A stretch of DNA of 64,000 nucleotides, from positions 736,001 through 800,000 of the forward strand of contig JBGANV010000002.1 in assembly GCA_044222185.1 (NCBI GenBank), in the 5' to 3' direction. Below the pieces are notes generated by a model. The model was not told the origin of the DNA, ran no database searches, and saw nothing but the letters and a program-made list of their open reading frames with translations. Source of the stretch: Planctomycetota bacterium (GTDB lineage: Bacteria > Planctomycetota > GCA-002687715 > CAIWVZ01). Both the position numbers and the translations under genes were made by a program. Positions 57,437-64,000 of this stretch are shown here, piece by piece. Positions within the stretch are counted from its first letter, which is position 1, and every line of letters begins with the position of its first letter.

Positions 57437-60396
57437 GGGCGACTCTCCGCCGCGGCGTCGGACTTTGGAGCGTGCGGTCCGCAGGCCGTGCGCACCTGGG
57501 ACCAGAACGCGGTCCACGCGGAGCGAGCCTCGATCGGAACGACAGGCATTCCGCCGTCACGCACGGGAGCGAGTTGGCGCAGGACGAGCCAGCGGCGCAG
57601 CTCGAGCTGGACGGCGTCGCGGGCGTTCTCCGCGGCGCGCATGCGGTCGAGCAGGAGTCGCAGTTCGAGCTGGAGCCACGGCAACGCCTCATCGAGCAGG
57701 CCTCGGCGAGCGGAGTCGTCGGACGCCAGGGCTGCCGCGTCGACGGCTGCGCGTGCCGCCATGAATCGCACCGTGGACTTCGGACTCTCGACCAGATTCG
57801 GATCCTCCTCGATGGCGCGACGGAAATACCCGATGGCGAGGTCCGGTCTGTTCGTCCGCGCGGCGACTCGCCCGAACTCGAGCTGTTCCGTCGTGGATTG
57901 GGGAGGGTTCGTGCCGCTCGTCGCCATGCGCACGCGATCGCGCACGTCGATGGAGCGACGCGCGTCGTCGAGCCACGCCCGCGAGGGCAGCGACCATCCC
58001 GGCTGCGACGCGGCGAGCGCGTGTCCCCTTTCGATGAGCGCGAGCGACTCATCCAACGGGCCCGTCTCCTGCAAGACGTGGCCCAATCGACAGAGCGCTT
58101 CCGCGGAGTCGGGGCGGAGCGCGACGGCGCGGCGGAGGCACGCGATCGCGGAGTCGGTCTGTCCGACTTCGGCGAGCACGCGCGCGGCGTTCACGTCGAC
58201 GTCGAAGTCGTCGGGCCGCAGGGCCACGGCCCGTTCACAGGCCGCGGCGCCTGCGTCGATGCGCTCGGCATCGATGAGGAGTCGACCGAGCGTGAGCCAC
58301 GCCGATGCGGATCGAGGGTCGCGCTCGAGGGCCGCTTCGCACGCCAGGATCGCGTCGTCACGTCGCCCCAGCTGCTGGAGCGCCTGCCCACGCAGATGAT
58401 CGGCGGCCGCGGCCAACGGAGTCGGAACCGACCGTCGTGCCGAGAACGCATCGAGCGTGGCGAGCGCCTCGGCAGCGCGACCCGCGTCATGGAGGATGCG
58501 CACGAGCGTGATCACGGCCCTCGCGCCGTCGGACTGCGCGGCGAGCGAGCGTCGCAGCGCGGCCGCCGCGTCCTCCGATCTCCCGAGCGCGAGGTACGCG
58601 TCGCCCGCGATCGCACCCGCGCGCGCCGCGTTCGTCCCGCGGGATCGGGCGCGCTCGAGCAGCGACAGGGCTCGGGCGGACTCGCACTGCGTGAGGGCAA
58701 AGGCAGCCCAGGTGAGCGCCTCGGGCGAATCCGGCCAGCGGTGCTCGAGCGTGTCGGCCGTCCGGAGACACGCGGCGCGATCCTGGGCCTCCCGAGCGGC
58801 GCACGCCATCCCGAACAGAGTCACCGGGCGCAGTGACTCCGACAGGAACGCACACTGAGCGAAGGCGTCGAGGGCGTCCCTCGCCGTCGGAGGCATGGCA
58901 GGAGCCAGAGCCCGTTCGCCGGCAAGGAGACGGATGCCTTCCAGGTGCCAGTCGAGCTTCGTCGCCGGTTTGGGAATGGTCGCGCCGAGCTTCTCCGCGT
59001 CGTCCCTGCGGTCGAGCCGGTTCAGCAGATCGCGGCGGAGCTGCAGCAACGCTGGCGGAATCGGCGACGGGTGATCAGCTCGCCAGGCATCGAGGTCGGC
59101 CAGCGCGCGTTGCGGGTCGCCACCGAGATGCAAGGCGCTCCACACGACGCCGAACTCGGCCTCCACGTTCCCGGGATCGCGAGAGAGGACGTCGGCGAGT
59201 CCGGCGTTCGCGATCGACGGCGTCAGCGACATCAGGGCTGCGAATGCCGCCTCGACGCGCTGGTCGACGTCACGGCGGAACGCATCGACGCGCGCGGCCT
59301 CCACCTTGTCGCGGTTCGCGAAGATGTACCCCGACAGGCCGGCGACCGTGGGAATCGCCAGGACGATGGCGGCGATGAGCGCGGCGCGCGCGGGATGGCG
59401 GCGGCTCCAACGCAGCGTGCGTCGTGCGAACGTGATGGGGCGGGCGAGGGTCGACTCGTTGCGGCGCAGGCGCGCGAGGTCGTCGGCGAGATGCTTCGCG
59501 GTCTGATATCGGCGATCGCGATCCTTCTCGAGGGCGGTCTCGATGATGGCGCGGAGGTCGGCGGTGACCGCGCGATTCCACGTGCGCGGATCGGGGGGAT
59601 CCTTGCCGAGCACGGCCGCGAAGAGCCCCTGTCGCGTGGGCGCATCGAACGGGCGACGCAGCGTCACGGCTTCGTACAGCGCCACGCCGAGCGACCACAC
59701 GTCCGTGCGCCGATCGAGCGGCACTCGTTGCGCGAGGAGCTGTTCGGGTGACATGTACGCGGGCGTGCCGAAGAGATCGCCCGTCGCCGTGAGCGTCTGG
59801 TCGGCGTCGTCCTTCGCCATGCCGAAGTCGAGCACGAACGGTTCGTCCGAGCGATCGACCATGATGTTGGCGGGTTTCACGTCGCGGTGGATGACGCCCG
59901 CTTCGTGGGCCGCGTGCAGCGCGCGCGCGGCCTTCTCCAGGATCTCGACGATCGTGGTGATCTCGGACCGCGAGGGAACGGCGGGAGAGGCGACCGTCGC
60001 CGGCTCCTCCCGTTCGGGTGCGAGGCTTCCGTCTCCGACGAACAGGGTCGAGGGGAGAGCACTCGCGCCGATGGACGGCTTCTCGCGGATCCGTGCGCCC
60101 AGCGATCGCCCGTCGATGAACTGCATGGCGATCCACGGCTGTCCATCCGTCACGCCCGACGCGAGGATGCGGCAGATGTTGGGATGGTCGAGCCGCGCCG
60201 CCGTGGCCGCCTCGCGGCGGAACCGCTCGAAGAGTTCGCCCGATTGCCCGACGACGGTGTTGAGGACCTTCAACGCGACCGTCTGCTGCAAGACGAGATC
60301 GCGGGCGCGATAGACGACCGCCTGGCCGCCGCGGCCCAACTCGCGTTCGATGCGGAACCGCTCGTGGATCGCTCGGACTTCTCGTGGTTCCGTCAT
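57433..60396 (-). CDS. Ser/Thr protein kinase with TM helix and TPR repeats (paralogue 2)
   Basis: GAGAGG RBS and TATGAT upstream. Same kinase motifs. TPRs. Confidence 0.93.
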   Translation of the reverse strand: MTEPREVRAIHERFRIERELGRGGQAVVYRARDLVLQQTVALKVLNTVVGQSGELFERFRREAATAARLDHPNICRILASGVTDGQPWIAMQFIDGRSLGARIREKPSIGASALPSTLFVGDGSLAPEREEPATVASPAVPSRSEITTIVEILEKAARALHAAHEAGVIHRDVKPANIMVDRSDEPFVLDFGMAKDDADQTLTATGDLFGTPAYMSPEQLLAQRVPLDRRTDVWSLGVALYEAVTLRRPFDAPTRQGLFAAVLGKDPPDPRTWNRAVTADLRAIIETALEKDRDRRYQTAKHLADDLARLRRNESTLARPITFARRTLRWSRRHPARAALIAAIVLAIPTVAGLSGYIFANRDKVEAARVDAFRRDVDQRVEAAFAALMSLTPSIANAGLADVLSRDPGNVEAEFGVVWSALHLGGDPQRALADLDAWRADHPSPIPPALLQLRRDLLNRLDRRDDAEKLGATIPKPATKLDWHLEGIRLLAGERALAPAMPPTARDALDAFAQCAFLSESLRPVTLFGMACAAREAQDRAACLRTADTLEHRWPDSPEALTWAAFALTQCESARALSLLERARSRGTNAARAGAIAGDAYLALGRSEDAAAALRRSLAAQSDGARAVITLVRILHDAGRAAEALATLDAFSARRSVPTPLAAAADHLRGQALQQLGRRDDAILACEAALERDPRSASAWLTLGRLLIDAERIDAGAAACERAVALRPDDFDVDVNAARVLAEVGQTDSAIACLRRAVALRPDSAEALCRLGHVLQETGPLDESLALIERGHALAASQPGWSLPSRAWLDDARRSIDVRDRVRMATSGTNPPQSTTEQLEFGRVAARTNRPDLAIGYFRRAIEEDPNLVESPKSTVRFMAARAAVDAAALASDDSARRGLLDEALPWLQLELRLLLDRMRAAENARDAVQLELRRWLVLRQLAPVRDGGMPVVPIEARSAWTAFWSQVRTACGPHAPKSDAAAESRP

Positions 60397-60511
60397 GGCC
60401 TCTCGAAGGCCGGGCATCATACCGGGCGAATGCGAGCGTGGTGTCGCCGTCTCACCCGGTCAGTCCTCCATCACGAGTGAGGTTCGGAGGGTGCGCGCGA
60501 CCCGATCGAAA

Positions 60512-63535
<3,024 letters not shown>

Positions 63536-63756
63536 GGCTCCTCGGGGAGGGGGCCATCCTACACGCCGAGACTGCGCGCAGGAGCGCCGGGCTCCGCCCG
63601 GCTGGCTCGCGGGGCTCCAGCCCCGCGTGAACGTCGGAGAGCCTTGGATCGCGTCCGACCCCTGCCCCCGTGGTGGCGGCGAGGTCATGCCCGACGACGT
63701 TCCCGGCAGCGCGGAGCCCTGCCGGCAAAGCCACGCGGAGTGTGGCGCTCTTCGTT

Positions 63757-63999
63757 CTAGAGCTGCTCGATCCGCGTCCACCCCAACCGGAATCCCGACG
63801 GGGCCGCGGCGTCGAGCCACGCGACTTGCATCGCTGCGGTGAGATTCAGCGGTGACGCGGGACGATTGAAGCCGCTCAACACGAAGATCCCCAGCGCGGG
63901 ATTCGACGGGTTGGGAGTGAAGACCACGGACGGGCTCGGCGGCCCGAGGACTCCGATGCCGTCCACGAGCGCGAGCGTCGAGCCAGGCGTTCCGACGCC
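63757..63999 (-). CDS. 3' end of a gene entering from the right edge; carries the shared C-terminal domain
   Basis: Frame is open to the window edge. DGIGVLGP...PLNLTAAMQVAWLDAAAPSGFRLGWTRIEQL matches the end of 20309-23194 (DGISIFGG...PLGIHAAVQAVVLDPNVSLGLRLTWPGLVEL). Confidence 0.7.
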   Translation of the reverse strand, partial: GVGTPGSTLALVDGIGVLGPPSPSVVFTPNPSNPALGIFVLSGFNRPASPLNLTAAMQVAWLDAAAPSGFRLGWTRIEQL

Positions 64000-64000
64000 G

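Overview
High-GC window (roughly 68-70% by eye), gene-dense. The gene content points to an uncultured Planctomycetota genome (inference): five Hanks-type Ser/Thr kinases with TPR tails, a kinase-linked ECF sigma factor, and many secreted FG-GAP, SBBP and IPT/TIG repeat proteins. Housekeeping-type genes (fabI, clpS, CbpA-like DnaJ, Prx6 peroxiredoxin, APC permease, OmpR/histidine kinase pair, PilB/GspE ATPase) are interspersed with accessory genes. Main observations: (1) a ~1190-aa NLR-like TIR + NACHT/STAND protein with an apparent LysM-like module near its C-terminus; (2) eight proteins with unrelated passenger domains share a degenerate ~100-130-aa C-terminal domain that looks like a sorting or anchoring signal, and most predicted signal peptides are followed by Gln; (3) a ~2.8-copy 205-bp hairpin-rich tandem array with REP/inverted-REP layout abuts a heavily frameshifted IS3-family element; (4) a tandem triplet of kinase-TPR paralogues. 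No rRNA, tRNA or CRISPR array was recognised. All domain calls are by-eye motif recognition, and start codons were chosen manually.
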